NCBI GenBank assembly: GCA_036563455.1
Contig: DATCMK010000029.1
Span: 2,396 to 66,395, forward strand
DNA from: Pyrinomonadaceae bacterium
Lineage (GTDB): Bacteria > Acidobacteriota > Blastocatellia > Pyrinomonadales > Pyrinomonadaceae
Direction: 5' to 3'
Length of the DNA: 64,000 nucleotides
Shown here: positions 33,686 to 43,744 of the stretch, in pieces
How the letters are laid out: each line of letters begins with the position of its first letter
Numbering within the stretch: position 1 is the first letter of the stretch
Notes under the pieces: model-generated
What the model was told of the DNA's origin: nothing
The model's database searches: none
Seen by the model: the letters and a program-made list of their open reading frames with translations, nothing else
Made by a program: the position numbers and the translations under genes

Positions 33686-34222
33686 ATGATAAAAAGGCGT
33701 TTTTACATCGATTTCGGGCGAAGCGCCGATCACGCGCTCGATTATTTTCTCGGAATTGTCGAGGACGCGCGCGTGACGACCGTTCAGCAGGTCGAAAAGC
33801 TGCCAATCGAGGCGCTGCACTGGCAGTATCAGCCGGGCTGGAACACGATCGGCGCGCTATTGTCGCACATTACGGCGATCGAGCATTACTTTCGCATCGA
33901 ATTCGTCGAAGGGCGAAAGTTGACCGACGAAGAAAATAAAAGATGGGGGCCGGCGCTCGACATGGGCGATTTTCTGCCGCGGCTGATCACGAACGAACCG
34001 GTCGAAAAATACATCGCCGGGCTCGAAGAATCGCGTCGACTGTTGCTCGAAGCGCTGAAAAACGTGACGTTCGAGGATTTTGCGAAACGGCGCGCGGGCT
34101 ACGACGAGGAAACGGGCTGCAATCTCGCCTGGGTTTTGTACCACATGGCGGAGGACGAAGTTCATCACCGCGGGCAGATCAGTCTTTTGCGCAAGCTTTA
34201 CAAATCGGCGACGCAAGTCTGA
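33686..34222 (+). CDS. DinB/YfiT-like (DinB_2) metal-binding protein
   Basis: Four-helix DinB_2 pattern with a conserved H..H..H triad (LSHITAIEHY.. and EDEVHHRGQI). Confidence 0.7.
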   Translation: MIKRRFYIDFGRSADHALDYFLGIVEDARVTTVQQVEKLPIEALHWQYQPGWNTIGALLSHITAIEHYFRIEFVEGRKLTDEENKRWGPALDMGDFLPRLITNEPVEKYIAGLEESRRLLLEALKNVTFEDFAKRRAGYDEETGCNLAWVLYHMAEDEVHHRGQISLLRKLYKSATQV

Positions 34223-34394
34223 AAATGCTTATAAGCGGGCGAGAAAAGATGTATTTCTCCGCCGCCGAGACGAAGCGCTCCGAATCGGGAAAACCGGCAT
34301 CTAAAATATTTACTTTTATAAAAAACCGCGGGCGGCGAATTCGGACGGCGCCCGCCAAAGACTTATCATAAAAGGTATTTAATAAATTATTTAT

Positions 34395-37088
34395 ATGACT
34401 GGAAACGAAATCAGACGCAAATTTTTAGAGTATTTTGAGAAAAACGGGCACAAAGTCGTTCATTCGTCGCCGCTTCTGCCGGCGAACGACCCGACGCTGC
34501 TTTTCACGAACGCGGGCATGAACCAGTTCAAGGACGTTTTCACCGGTCAGGAAAAACGCGATTACAAGCGCGCCGCGTCGAGCCAGAAATGCATCCGCGC
34601 CGGCGGCAAGCACAACGACCTCGACGAAGTCGGCAAGACCGCGCGCCATCACACGTTTTTCGAAATGCTCGGCAATTTCTCGTTCGGCGATTATTTCAAG
34701 GAAGACGCCATCAAATTCGCGTGGGATTTTCTCGTCAATGAGCTCGGCTTGGAAGAATCGCGGCTCTGGTTTTCGTATTTCGGCGGCGACGCGGAAGTTC
34801 CGGCGGACGAGGAAGCGCGCGATTTGTGGATCAAAGTCGGCGCTCCGCCCGAACGCGTGCTGCCGTTCGACCGCAAGGACAATTTCTGGCAGATGGGCGA
34901 CACCGGACCGTGCGGACCGTGCTCGGAAATCCATTATTACATGGGCGACGATCCCGACGATCCGGAAAAGAACCGCGCCGATCTGGTCAACGCCGAAAAC
35001 GGCGATTTGACGATGGAAATCTGGAATCTCGTCTTCATGCAATTCGAGCGAAACGAAATCGAAAAGGGCGTTTTCGAGCTCACGCCGCTGCCCGCGCCGT
35101 CGGTCGACACCGGCGCCGGTTTGGAGCGCATGGCGGTCGTTCTGCAGGGCGTCAAATCGAACTACGACACGGATTTGATCAAGCCGATCATCAACAAAAC
35201 CGCCGAATTAGCCGAAAGATTTTACGAGCCGGAAACGCAGAGCGGTTTCGCGATGCGCGTCGTCGCCGATCACGCACGCGCGGCGGCTTTCGCGATCGCC
35301 GACGGCATTTTGCCGGGCAACGAAGGCAGAAATTACGTTTTAAGAAAGATCATGCGCCGCGCGATTTATCACGGGCGCGATCATTTGGGATTCGAAACCT
35401 TATTCTTTCATAAAGTCTGCGATTTCGTTATCGAATTGATGAAGGAAGCTTTTCCCGAACTCGAAACGCAGCGCGAATTTATCGGCAAGATGGTGCGGCT
35501 CGAAGAAGAAAGATTCGCCAACACGATGACTGTCGGGTTGAAAAAATTGGATGAATTTTTCGCTAAAAGCGATGAACCCGACTTTATCGAATTCGCCAAG
35601 CTTTACGACACGTTCGGGACGCCGCGCGATCTGGTGCGCGTCAAACTCGAAGAACGCGGCATCGAAATGAGCGAAGAGGAATTTAACGAAAAATTCGACC
35701 GGGCGCTGCAGGAATTACAAAAACAGAGCGACATCGGAAAAACTCGGCAAGCCGAAAAAATCAATCCGATTTACGCCGATCTGCAAAATCTCGGAATTAA
35801 ATCGAATTTTCACGGCTACGACAAAACGGAAGTCGAAGACGCGAAGGTTCTGGCGTTGGTGAAAAACGACGAGCGCGTCGACGTGCTCGACGAAGGCGAA
35901 GAAGGTTTGGTCGTTTTGGACGAAACGCCGTTTTACGCCGAAGCGGGCGGTCAGGTCGGCGATACCGGCGTGCTTTTCAACACGAACGCGCAAATCAAAG
36001 TTTTCGACACGTTCGCGCCGATCGGCGGAATCGTTTTGCATAAATCAAAAGTAGAACGCGGAAGTTTGTCGGTCGGCGACGAGGTGACGGCGACCGTCGA
36101 CGTTCTCAAACGCGACGCGACGCGCCGCAATCACACGGCGACGCACCTCGTTCACGCCGCTTTGAAGGAAGTTTTGGGCACGCACGTCAAGCAGGCGGGC
36201 TCGGTCGTCGCGCCGAATTACCTGCGGTTCGATTTCACGCATTACCAGCCGATCTCGCCGGCAGAATTGCAGGAAATCGAAGATCTGGTCAACCGCTACA
36301 TCCTCGAAAATCATCCGGTGACGACGAACGTCATGGCGATCGAGGAAGCGATGCGCTCGGGCGCGGTCGCGCTCTTCGGCGAAAAATACGGCTCGTCGGT
36401 TCGCGTTTTGAGCGTCGGCGGCGGTGAATTTTCGCGCGAATTATGCGGCGGCACGCACGTCCGCGCGACCGGCGACATCGGCTCGTTCAAAATCACGTCC
36501 GACGAAGCGATCGCTTCGGGCGTCCGAAGAATTCGCGCAATCACCGGTTTCGACGCGTTCGAGCGTTTCCGCGAAGACGAAAAACTGATCGCCGATTCGC
36601 TCGGCATTTTGAAAACGCAGCGCGATAATCTGCCGAACGCGATCGAGAAATTGCAGGAAGAACTGAAACGTACGCGCAAGGAAGTCGACGAGCTGAAGAT
36701 GAAGATCGCGACCGGCGCGGTCGGCGGCGCGTCTTCGAACGGCGACGAGGCGAAAGACGTTTCCGGCGTCAAAGTCATCGCGAAAACGGTCGAAGGTTTG
36801 GACAAAGGCGGCATGCGGCATCTTTCCGACACGTTGATGTCGAAAATCAAATCCGGCGTCGTCGTTTTGGGCAGAACCGACGAAGGCAAAGTCTCGTTCA
36901 TCGTGCGCGTGTCGGACGATTTGACCGGCAAAGTTTCCGCCGGCAACATCGTGCGGGAAATCGCGCCGATCGTCGGCGGTCGCGGCGGCGGCAAACCCGA
37001 CATGGCGGAAGGCGGCGGCACGGACGGATCGAAATTAAACGAGGCTTTGGAAAAAAGCTACGAAGTCGTCGGGCAAATGCTCGGCTAA
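34395..37088 (+). CDS. alaS: Alanine--tRNA ligase
   Basis: 897 aa. Class II core (FTNAGMNQFK..), editing domain and a C-terminal C-Ala domain. Confidence 0.95.
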   Translation: MTGNEIRRKFLEYFEKNGHKVVHSSPLLPANDPTLLFTNAGMNQFKDVFTGQEKRDYKRAASSQKCIRAGGKHNDLDEVGKTARHHTFFEMLGNFSFGDYFKEDAIKFAWDFLVNELGLEESRLWFSYFGGDAEVPADEEARDLWIKVGAPPERVLPFDRKDNFWQMGDTGPCGPCSEIHYYMGDDPDDPEKNRADLVNAENGDLTMEIWNLVFMQFERNEIEKGVFELTPLPAPSVDTGAGLERMAVVLQGVKSNYDTDLIKPIINKTAELAERFYEPETQSGFAMRVVADHARAAAFAIADGILPGNEGRNYVLRKIMRRAIYHGRDHLGFETLFFHKVCDFVIELMKEAFPELETQREFIGKMVRLEEERFANTMTVGLKKLDEFFAKSDEPDFIEFAKLYDTFGTPRDLVRVKLEERGIEMSEEEFNEKFDRALQELQKQSDIGKTRQAEKINPIYADLQNLGIKSNFHGYDKTEVEDAKVLALVKNDERVDVLDEGEEGLVVLDETPFYAEAGGQVGDTGVLFNTNAQIKVFDTFAPIGGIVLHKSKVERGSLSVGDEVTATVDVLKRDATRRNHTATHLVHAALKEVLGTHVKQAGSVVAPNYLRFDFTHYQPISPAELQEIEDLVNRYILENHPVTTNVMAIEEAMRSGAVALFGEKYGSSVRVLSVGGGEFSRELCGGTHVRATGDIGSFKITSDEAIASGVRRIRAITGFDAFERFREDEKLIADSLGILKTQRDNLPNAIEKLQEELKRTRKEVDELKMKIATGAVGGASSNGDEAKDVSGVKVIAKTVEGLDKGGMRHLSDTLMSKIKSGVVVLGRTDEGKVSFIVRVSDDLTGKVSAGNIVREIAPIVGGRGGGKPDMAEGGGTDGSKLNEALEKSYEVVGQMLG

Positions 37089-37091
37089 TTT

Positions 37092-37216
37092 TAAGCCGCG
37101 AATGAAAAGATTTTTTTACTTAGCGGCTTCGCGCCTTTGCGGGAGAAATAGTTTCCCGCAAGGGCGTAAAGCCGCATAAGAAAACCAAGACCGAAATCCG
37201 CGAAATTCGCGGCTAA
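37092..37216. repeat. Composite element after alaS: family-1 outer arms enclosing a family-2 hairpin
   Basis: Outer arms AGCCGCGAAT...ATTCGCGGCTaa. Inner hairpin GCGCCTTTGCGGGAGAaatagTTTCCCGCAAGGGCG at about 37129-37167. Confidence 0.8.
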
Positions 37217-37230
37217 TTTTTTTAACTCAT

Positions 37231-37977
37231 ATGGCTAATTTCGTTTTGATTCCCGGATTCTGGCTCGGCGCGTGGGCGTGGAAGGACGTCGCGCGGGCTT
37301 TGCGCGAAAAGGGTCACGAAGTTTTCCCGCTGACTTTGACCGGGCTTGCCGAAAAAGCGCATCTCGGCACGCCCGAAACCGATCTTTCGACGCACGTCGC
37401 GGACGTCGTGAATTTGATTCGTTACAACGAACTCGCCGACGTTTATCTCGCCGGGCATTCCTACGCCGGCGTTTTGATCACGCAGATCGCCGACGAGATT
37501 CCCGAAAAACTCGCGAAACTGATCTACGTCGATTCCGCGCCGCTGCCCGACGCCACCGCGCAGATCGACTTTTATTCGCCCGAACAGCTCGCGAAATTCG
37601 AAAAATCGGTCGCGGAAGACGGCGACGGCTGGCTTTTGCCGCTGCCTTCGTGGGCGGATTTGGACGACGGCAAAACGCTGCGCGATCTGACCGGCGAGCA
37701 CAAAAATCAGATCGAACGGCTCGCGACGCCGTTTCCCTTCGCCGCCGCGCGGCAAAAAGTCGGTTTGACGAACCCGAAGCGCCGCGATTTGCCGAAACTG
37801 GCGATCTGGTGCGAAGACCCGTCGGAAGACGTTCGCGAATTGCTGAAACAGGACTTCCCGCTTTTCAGCGAACTCAAAGACCCGAATTTCGAGTTCGTCG
37901 ATCTTCCGACCGGACACTACCCGATGTTCACGCGCGCGGCGGAGCTCGCCGAAATTTTAGATCGAGCGGCGAAATAA
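37231..37977 (+). CDS. Alpha/beta hydrolase (esterase)
   Basis: Carries the GHSYAG nucleophile elbow. Length 248 aa. Confidence 0.7.
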   Translation: MANFVLIPGFWLGAWAWKDVARALREKGHEVFPLTLTGLAEKAHLGTPETDLSTHVADVVNLIRYNELADVYLAGHSYAGVLITQIADEIPEKLAKLIYVDSAPLPDATAQIDFYSPEQLAKFEKSVAEDGDGWLLPLPSWADLDDGKTLRDLTGEHKNQIERLATPFPFAAARQKVGLTNPKRRDLPKLAIWCEDPSEDVRELLKQDFPLFSELKDPNFEFVDLPTGHYPMFTRAAELAEILDRAAK

Positions 37978-37983
37978 AATGGT

Positions 37984-38062
37984 TTTTAGCCACGAACAAA
38001 CACGAAATAACACGAAAACCGGTTGAATTTATTTCGTGTTGTTTCGCGTGTTCGCGGCTGAT
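37984..38062. repeat. Family-1 palindromic element (copy d)
   Basis: ttttAGCCACGAACAAACACGAAAtaaCACGAAAA...TTTCGTGTTGTTTCGCGTGTTCGCGGCTgat. Confidence 0.85.
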
Positions 38063-38125
38063 TTCAAGGCAACTTTAAGCCCCGTAATTCATCCAAATAA
38101 ATCACCCTAAATTATTGAATTTTCA

Positions 38126-39196
38126 TTGATTTATATGAATTACGACTTTAAGCGCATATTCGTTCAAAAGGCGATTTTCGACGATTTTCTGTGGCGTCAA
38201 TCAGCGGAAAATATCATCGGTCGTTTCCCGTCCGCCGAAATCAGGGAAGTCGAATCGCACTGGCAGATTCCCGAGCTTTTCGAGGCTGACGCGCGCGACT
38301 GGATGCGCAGCAAACGCGAGACGCTCGTGCTCGGCGTCAAATCCGGTTTGACGCACAAGAAAAACGGGCGTTCGGCCGATTTCATCGCCGCTTCGAGCTC
38401 GAACGGCTGTTTAAGCTCGTGCCAGTACTGTTACGTCGCGCGGCGCAAGGGCGGCTCGAACCCTTTGACGATCTTCGTCAACATCGAGGAAATCGCCGAA
38501 TCGATCCGCAAACATCAGAAAAAGCTGGGCGCGAAAACCGAACCCAACCAATGCGACGAACGTTTCTGGACGTACGACATCGGCTGCAACGCCGATCTGA
38601 GCGCCGATTCCTTCGTTTGCGATAATCCCGCTTATTTAGTGCGCGAATTCGCGAAAATGGAGTACGCGAAAGCGACTTTCGCGACGAAAACCGTGCGTGA
38701 CGATTACTGGACGGCGCTCGAACCGCAGGGCAAAACGCGGCTTCGTTACAGTCTCATGCCGCAGCGCGTCGCGCGTTACGTCGACATCGGCACGAGCCCG
38801 ATTTCCGAAAGGATCGAATCGACCAACGCTCTCGTCGAGGCGGGTTACGAAGTGCATTTCAGCTTCGCGCCGATCATCGTTTACGAAGGCGAAAGCTGGA
38901 AGGCGGACTGGCGCGAGCTGTGGCGCGAGATCGACGACACGCTCACGGAAAAAGCGAAGCGGCAGCTCAAATGCGAGGCGTTTTTTCTGACGCATTCCAA
39001 AGGTCTGCACGAGATAAACATGCAGTGGAATCCGAAGGGCGAAGAATTTTTGTGGCTGCCCGAGTTGCAGGTGCCAAAGAAAACCGCGCCCGACACGCTC
39101 GTTTACGATTACGGCTTCCGCCGCCGCGAATTAGCCGCCTTCGAAGCGGAACTGCGCAAATATCTGCCGTATTGCCCGGTGCGCTATTCGTTTTAA
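38126..39196 (+). CDS. splB: Spore photoproduct lyase-like radical SAM DNA repair enzyme
   Basis: Radical-SAM CxxxCxxC motif (CLSSCQYCY). The flanking sequence aligns with B. subtilis SplB, including ..TLVLGVK...SADFIAASSSNGC..CQYCY..PLTIFVNIEEI.. Size is 356 aa. Confidence 0.7.
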   Translation: MIYMNYDFKRIFVQKAIFDDFLWRQSAENIIGRFPSAEIREVESHWQIPELFEADARDWMRSKRETLVLGVKSGLTHKKNGRSADFIAASSSNGCLSSCQYCYVARRKGGSNPLTIFVNIEEIAESIRKHQKKLGAKTEPNQCDERFWTYDIGCNADLSADSFVCDNPAYLVREFAKMEYAKATFATKTVRDDYWTALEPQGKTRLRYSLMPQRVARYVDIGTSPISERIESTNALVEAGYEVHFSFAPIIVYEGESWKADWRELWREIDDTLTEKAKRQLKCEAFFLTHSKGLHEINMQWNPKGEEFLWLPELQVPKKTAPDTLVYDYGFRRRELAAFEAELRKYLPYCPVRYSF

Positions 39197-39204
39197 AAAA
39201 GAAA

Positions 39205-39283
39205 TCAGCCGCGAGCGAACACGAAATGCGCACGAAATAAATTTACTGATTTTTCGTGTCCGTTCGTGTTCGCTCGCGGCTGA
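39205..39283. repeat. Family-1 palindromic element (copy e) between convergent genes
   Basis: atcAGCCGCGAGCGAACACGAAAtgcgCACGAAA...TTTCGTGtccgTTCGTGTTCGCTCGCGGCTgat. Confidence 0.85.
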
Positions 39284-39289
39284 TTTTGA

Positions 39290-40318
39290 TTAAACCGATG
39301 CCGACGCCGCTTTCGCGCCGCTCGTGCGGTGAACGTCGAGCCGCTCTTCCGCGTCTTTGTTTTTGTCTTTGTCGTGCGAAGTAATCAGCACGACCGAACC
39401 GACGATGACGCCCGCGCCGACGAGCATCTGCCCGGTGAAAGATTCCCCCGCGATCAGCCAGCCCAAAAACACCGCGACGATCGGATTGACGTAAGCGTAT
39501 GTCGACACCAGCGCCGGCTGCGCGTTCTTCAAAAGCCAGCTGTATGCCGTGAACCCGATCAGCGAGCCGAAAACGATCAGGTACGCCAAGCCGAAGATCG
39601 AATTTGCCGAAACCGCGGCGAGCTCGAAATTAAACATTTCGCCCGAAAATAAACTGACCAGAAGAAGCACCAGCCCGCCCGAAAACATCTGCATGCCGGA
39701 AGTCAGAATCGAAGATTTCGGCACCGGCGCGCGGAGCCCGTAAATCGAACCGGTCGCCCACGAAAGCGCCGCCGCCATCACGGCGATCGTGCCGAAAAAC
39801 TGCATCGAACCGGCATCGGACGAATCGCCGGCCGTCTGCCCGTTGATCAAGAGCCAGACGCCGAAAAATCCGACCGCGATGCCGAGAATGGTTTTCAGGT
39901 TCGGGCGCGTGCCCTTCAGCCAGAGCCAGCTCAAAAGCACGATCCAGAACGGTTCGGTCGCGACGAGCAGCGCCGCGAGGCTCGACGAAATATAATGCTC
40001 GGCGAAGACGACGCCGCCGTTGCCGCCTAAAAGCAACAGCGCGCCGACGATGAAACTCGTTTTCCAGTGCGCCGCTTTCGGCTTTTCGTAATCTTTACTA
40101 AAGCGCGCCCAAATCATAAGGATCGCGCCCGCGACGACGAAGCGCGTGCCCGCCATCAGAAACGGCGGCAGCGTTTCGATCGCGTACTTGATGGCGAGAT
40201 AGGTCGAGCCCCAAAAGATGTAGATCGCCGCGAACGCCGCGATCAGAACCGTTAATTTTTTGCTGTTATTACGTATAATTGCCTGATTCTGCATGACAAC
40301 TGCCCTCTCTTCGATCAA
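39290..40318 (-). CDS. EamA/DMT family transporter
   Basis: Ten-transmembrane, two-EamA-repeat architecture. Confidence 0.8.
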   Translation of the reverse strand: MIEERAVVMQNQAIIRNNSKKLTVLIAAFAAIYIFWGSTYLAIKYAIETLPPFLMAGTRFVVAGAILMIWARFSKDYEKPKAAHWKTSFIVGALLLLGGNGGVVFAEHYISSSLAALLVATEPFWIVLLSWLWLKGTRPNLKTILGIAVGFFGVWLLINGQTAGDSSDAGSMQFFGTIAVMAAALSWATGSIYGLRAPVPKSSILTSGMQMFSGGLVLLLVSLFSGEMFNFELAAVSANSIFGLAYLIVFGSLIGFTAYSWLLKNAQPALVSTYAYVNPIVAVFLGWLIAGESFTGQMLVGAGVIVGSVVLITSHDKDKNKDAEERLDVHRTSGAKAASASV

Positions 40319-40321
40319 ATA

Positions 40322-40789
40322 TCAATTCGTTTTTTCTTCCGCGTCGCCGATCGGCAGCGCCGTCGTTTCCTTGATCGTCTGCAAAACGATCGTCGTTTTC
40401 GTCGAAGCGACGTTCGGCACGTTTTTTAATCTTTCCCGCAGCAGACGCGATAAATGCTCGGTGTTTTTAACGCGCACCTTCAAAAAATAAGAATCCTCGC
40501 CCGCGACGTCGTGCACTTCCAACACCTCCGGAATTTCGGCCAAAAATTTATCGGTTTCGCTGCAGCACTCGTGCGTGCGGACGGCGACGAACGCCGTCAA
40601 GCCGTATTCGACCGCCGCGGCGTCGAGTTTCGTTTCAAAGCTTTTTATGACGCCGCGCTCTTCGAGTTTCCGGATTCGCTCCAAAACCGCCGACGGCGCC
40701 AAGCCGACCTGACGCGCGATTTCGGCATTGGCGATCCGCGCGTCATTTTGAAGAATATTCAGTATTTTTTTGTCAATTTCGTTAATCAT
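40322..40789 (-). CDS. Lrp/AsnC family transcriptional regulator
   Basis: HTH region (NDARIANAEIARQVGLAPSAVLERIRKLE) plus a RAM domain. I chose the start at MINEIDKK, preceded by an AGGTGA SD, rather than the longer track ORF. Confidence 0.8.
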   Translation of the reverse strand: MINEIDKKILNILQNDARIANAEIARQVGLAPSAVLERIRKLEERGVIKSFETKLDAAAVEYGLTAFVAVRTHECCSETDKFLAEIPEVLEVHDVAGEDSYFLKVRVKNTEHLSRLLRERLKNVPNVASTKTTIVLQTIKETTALPIGDAEEKTN

Positions 40790-40947
40790 TCTGTTAAAAT
40801 CACCTAAAGCAGAATAATATTCGGAAAAACATTTGTCAAGAAAAATCATAAAAAGATGCGCGGAAAATAAATTTCTTGTCAATTTTCTGTCACAATCGTT
40901 ATGTTTTCGGTGTTCTTTAATTAGTAACTCGCGGGGTTCATTCAACG

Positions 40948-43728
40948 ATGCTCATCGGTAAACAATTCGGACGCTACGAAATTCGCTCGAAAATCGGCTC
41001 GGGCGGCATGGGCGAGGTTTACGCCGCCTTCGACGCCGAGCTCGGGCGGCGCGTGGCCGTCAAAATCCTGCCGGCGGAGTTTTCGAGCGACGACGCGCGC
41101 AAAAACCGTTTCCGGCAGGAAGCCCGCGCCGCGTCGGCGCTCAATCACCCGAACATCATCACGATTTACGAGATCGGCGAAAACGAACACGGCAGTTTCC
41201 TCGTCACGGAATTGATCGACGGCGCGACGCTCAGGGAAATCATCAAAAAGGAAAGGCTGCCGCTCGTTCGCGCTCTCAAAATCGTCGAGCAGATCGCCAA
41301 CGCGCTCGTCGCCGCGCACAGCGCGCGCATCGTGCACCGCGACATCAAACCGGAAAACGTGATGGTGCGGCACGACGGAATCGTCAAAGTGCTCGATTTC
41401 GGGCTCGCCAAGCCGACCGCGCCGAGCGAGGAAACGGACGAGCAGATCAAAACGCTGCCGGGCATGGTCATGGGCAGCGTGCGTTACATGTCGCCGGAAC
41501 AGGCGCGCGGGCTGAAAGTCGACGAGCGGACGGATATTTGGAGTCTCGGCGTCGTGTTGTACGAAATGCTGACCGGACACGCGCCGTTCGACGGCGAAAC
41601 GACGAGCGACACGATCGCCGCGCTCATTTATAAAGAGCCCGCGCCGGTCGTTAATTTCGTCCCGAACGCGCCCGCCGAGCTGCAGCGAATCGTTCGTAAA
41701 GCCCTGCAGAAAGACCGCGACGAACGCTACCAGCACGTCAAGGACCTGGCGCTCGATCTGAAGGATTTAATTTACGAGCTCGAACACGTCATGAGCGGCG
41801 AGCGCCTGCGCTCGGTTTCGGCGGATATCGATCTGAGCGAAAATCCGACGATGATTCACCGGACGCACTCCACCAAAGACAATGCGCTGACGACCGCCGG
41901 CATGAGCATTCCGCCGTCGGAAAAAACCTCTAAGAGCCGTTCGATGCTGCCGCTCGCGGCGCTGGCGGCGATCGTCCTGCCGGCGGCGCTGGGCTTCGGC
42001 TTTTACAAATGGTTCGGCGCGAAAACGCTCCCAGCCGTTTCCGCCTTCGAAAAACCGCAGGCGGCGCGCGTCAACACCGACGGCAAGGTCGCGAACCCGG
42101 CGATCTCGCCGGACGGGAAATACGTCGCTTATTTGAGCGGCGACGTCGGAAACAGAAGCCTCGTCGTCCGGCAGGTCGCGACCGACAGCGCCGTGACGAT
42201 CGTGCCGCCGACGCCGCTCAATCTTTCCGGCGTCACGTTTTCGCCGGACGGCGATTACGTTTATTACCTTTTGACGAGCGAAGACGGCGTCATCAACACG
42301 CTTTACCGCGTGCCGGCGCTTGGCGGCACGCCGAAAAGGCTCATCGAAGACGTCGACAGCGCGGTGACGTTCGCGCCCGACGGAAACCGGCTCGCTTTCC
42401 ACCGCAATCTCTCGAAGGAAGCCATCACGATCATCTACACGGCGAACATCGACGGCTCGAACGTCGAGCCGCTCCTCCGATCGGACGAAACCGCATTCAA
42501 CGTCGTCGCCAATCCGCGCTGGTCGCCCGACGGCCGAATCATTCTGGTGCGCGCCTTTAACAATTTCGGCGGCACGGTCGAAAAAAACGAGATCGCCGAA
42601 ATTTTCGTCGCGGAAAAAAAACTCGCCGTCTGGCGCGCCGCCCGCGAGTTCCATTCTGTGTTCGAGTTCAGTTGGCTCAAGGACGGCTCGGGCTTTTTGT
42701 TCACCGGGCAGGAAACGCCGGATTCGCCCGTCCAGATTTTCCGCGCCGTTTATGAAACCGGCGAATTTTATCCGGTCACGAACGACATCAACAGCTACAA
42801 TTCGCTCGGGCTGACGGCGGACGACAAAGCGATCGTGACGCTCAAAAGCAATTTGAGTTCGTCGATCTGGAGTTACAACCCGGCGAGCCGGCAATTCGAC
42901 CAGCTGACCGCCGAGAGCGCCAATCTCGAAGGCAATTACGGTTTGTCCGAAGCGCGCGGCGGCAAGCTCGTCTACGGGCGCAAAGACGGGAACGATGTCA
43001 CGCTCTGGCTCACGGAAGGCGGCAGCGCGCGTCCGCTTTCGGGCGAGATCAGGCGCGTGTTCGTCAACCCGAAGATCACCTTCGACGGACGCTGGATCGT
43101 GTTCAGTTCGAAGCAATCCGGCGCGGCGCGCATCTGGCGCGTCGACGCGGACGGCCGGAATCTCGTGCAGCTGACGCGCGAAAAAACGAACCACGGCGAT
43201 TTCAACCCGCAGCTCACGCCGGACGGAAAATGGATCGTCTATCAGCAGTACGCGAGCGGCGCGAACGCGAAAAGCGCGATCATGAAGGTTTCGATCGACG
43301 GCGGCGAGTCGAGCGTTCTGTACAGCGACGACCAGCACAACGTGCAGAATGCGACCATTTCGCCCGACGGGAAATTCATCGCCTTCGATTCGTACCGGAC
43401 GAGCGATTTCGATAAAAAGATCCGCGTCGCGACTTTCGAAAACAACGCTTTCGGGCAAATCGTTAAAGAGTTCGACGCCGACCAGATCAACGCCTATCTC
43501 TGGTCGCCGGACGGAAAATCGCTGACCTTTCTGAGCAGCCGCAGCGGCGTGCAGAACTTATGGCGGCTGCCGCTCGACGGCGCCGCTCCGCAGCCCGTGA
43601 CGGACTTTAAAACCGGAAGGATTTTCAATTTCACTTGGGCGGCGGACGGCAAAAAACTGTACATCGTCCGCGGCAACATCAACAGCGATCTGATTTTGAT
43701 TCGCGACAGGACGATTTCGGATTCGTGA
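40948..43728 (+). CDS. Ser/Thr protein kinase with a transmembrane helix and a C-terminal TolB-like beta-propeller
   Basis: Kinase motifs GSGGMGEVY..VAVK, HRDIKPENV and DFGLA. A transmembrane segment follows, then more than 8 PDG-type propeller repeats. Confidence 0.85.
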   Translation: MLIGKQFGRYEIRSKIGSGGMGEVYAAFDAELGRRVAVKILPAEFSSDDARKNRFRQEARAASALNHPNIITIYEIGENEHGSFLVTELIDGATLREIIKKERLPLVRALKIVEQIANALVAAHSARIVHRDIKPENVMVRHDGIVKVLDFGLAKPTAPSEETDEQIKTLPGMVMGSVRYMSPEQARGLKVDERTDIWSLGVVLYEMLTGHAPFDGETTSDTIAALIYKEPAPVVNFVPNAPAELQRIVRKALQKDRDERYQHVKDLALDLKDLIYELEHVMSGERLRSVSADIDLSENPTMIHRTHSTKDNALTTAGMSIPPSEKTSKSRSMLPLAALAAIVLPAALGFGFYKWFGAKTLPAVSAFEKPQAARVNTDGKVANPAISPDGKYVAYLSGDVGNRSLVVRQVATDSAVTIVPPTPLNLSGVTFSPDGDYVYYLLTSEDGVINTLYRVPALGGTPKRLIEDVDSAVTFAPDGNRLAFHRNLSKEAITIIYTANIDGSNVEPLLRSDETAFNVVANPRWSPDGRIILVRAFNNFGGTVEKNEIAEIFVAEKKLAVWRAAREFHSVFEFSWLKDGSGFLFTGQETPDSPVQIFRAVYETGEFYPVTNDINSYNSLGLTADDKAIVTLKSNLSSSIWSYNPASRQFDQLTAESANLEGNYGLSEARGGKLVYGRKDGNDVTLWLTEGGSARPLSGEIRRVFVNPKITFDGRWIVFSSKQSGAARIWRVDADGRNLVQLTREKTNHGDFNPQLTPDGKWIVYQQYASGANAKSAIMKVSIDGGESSVLYSDDQHNVQNATISPDGKFIAFDSYRTSDFDKKIRVATFENNAFGQIVKEFDADQINAYLWSPDGKSLTFLSSRSGVQNLWRLPLDGAAPQPVTDFKTGRIFNFTWAADGKKLYIVRGNINSDLILIRDRTISDS

Positions 43729-43744
43729 TTCTTCGCGATTGAAG

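Noticed and set aside
34222-34395. Possible T-box or other leader upstream of alaS
   Set aside because: The spacer is only about 170 bp. It contains one hairpin (CCGCGGGCG..CGCCCGC) but no T-box specifier or antiterminator motifs.
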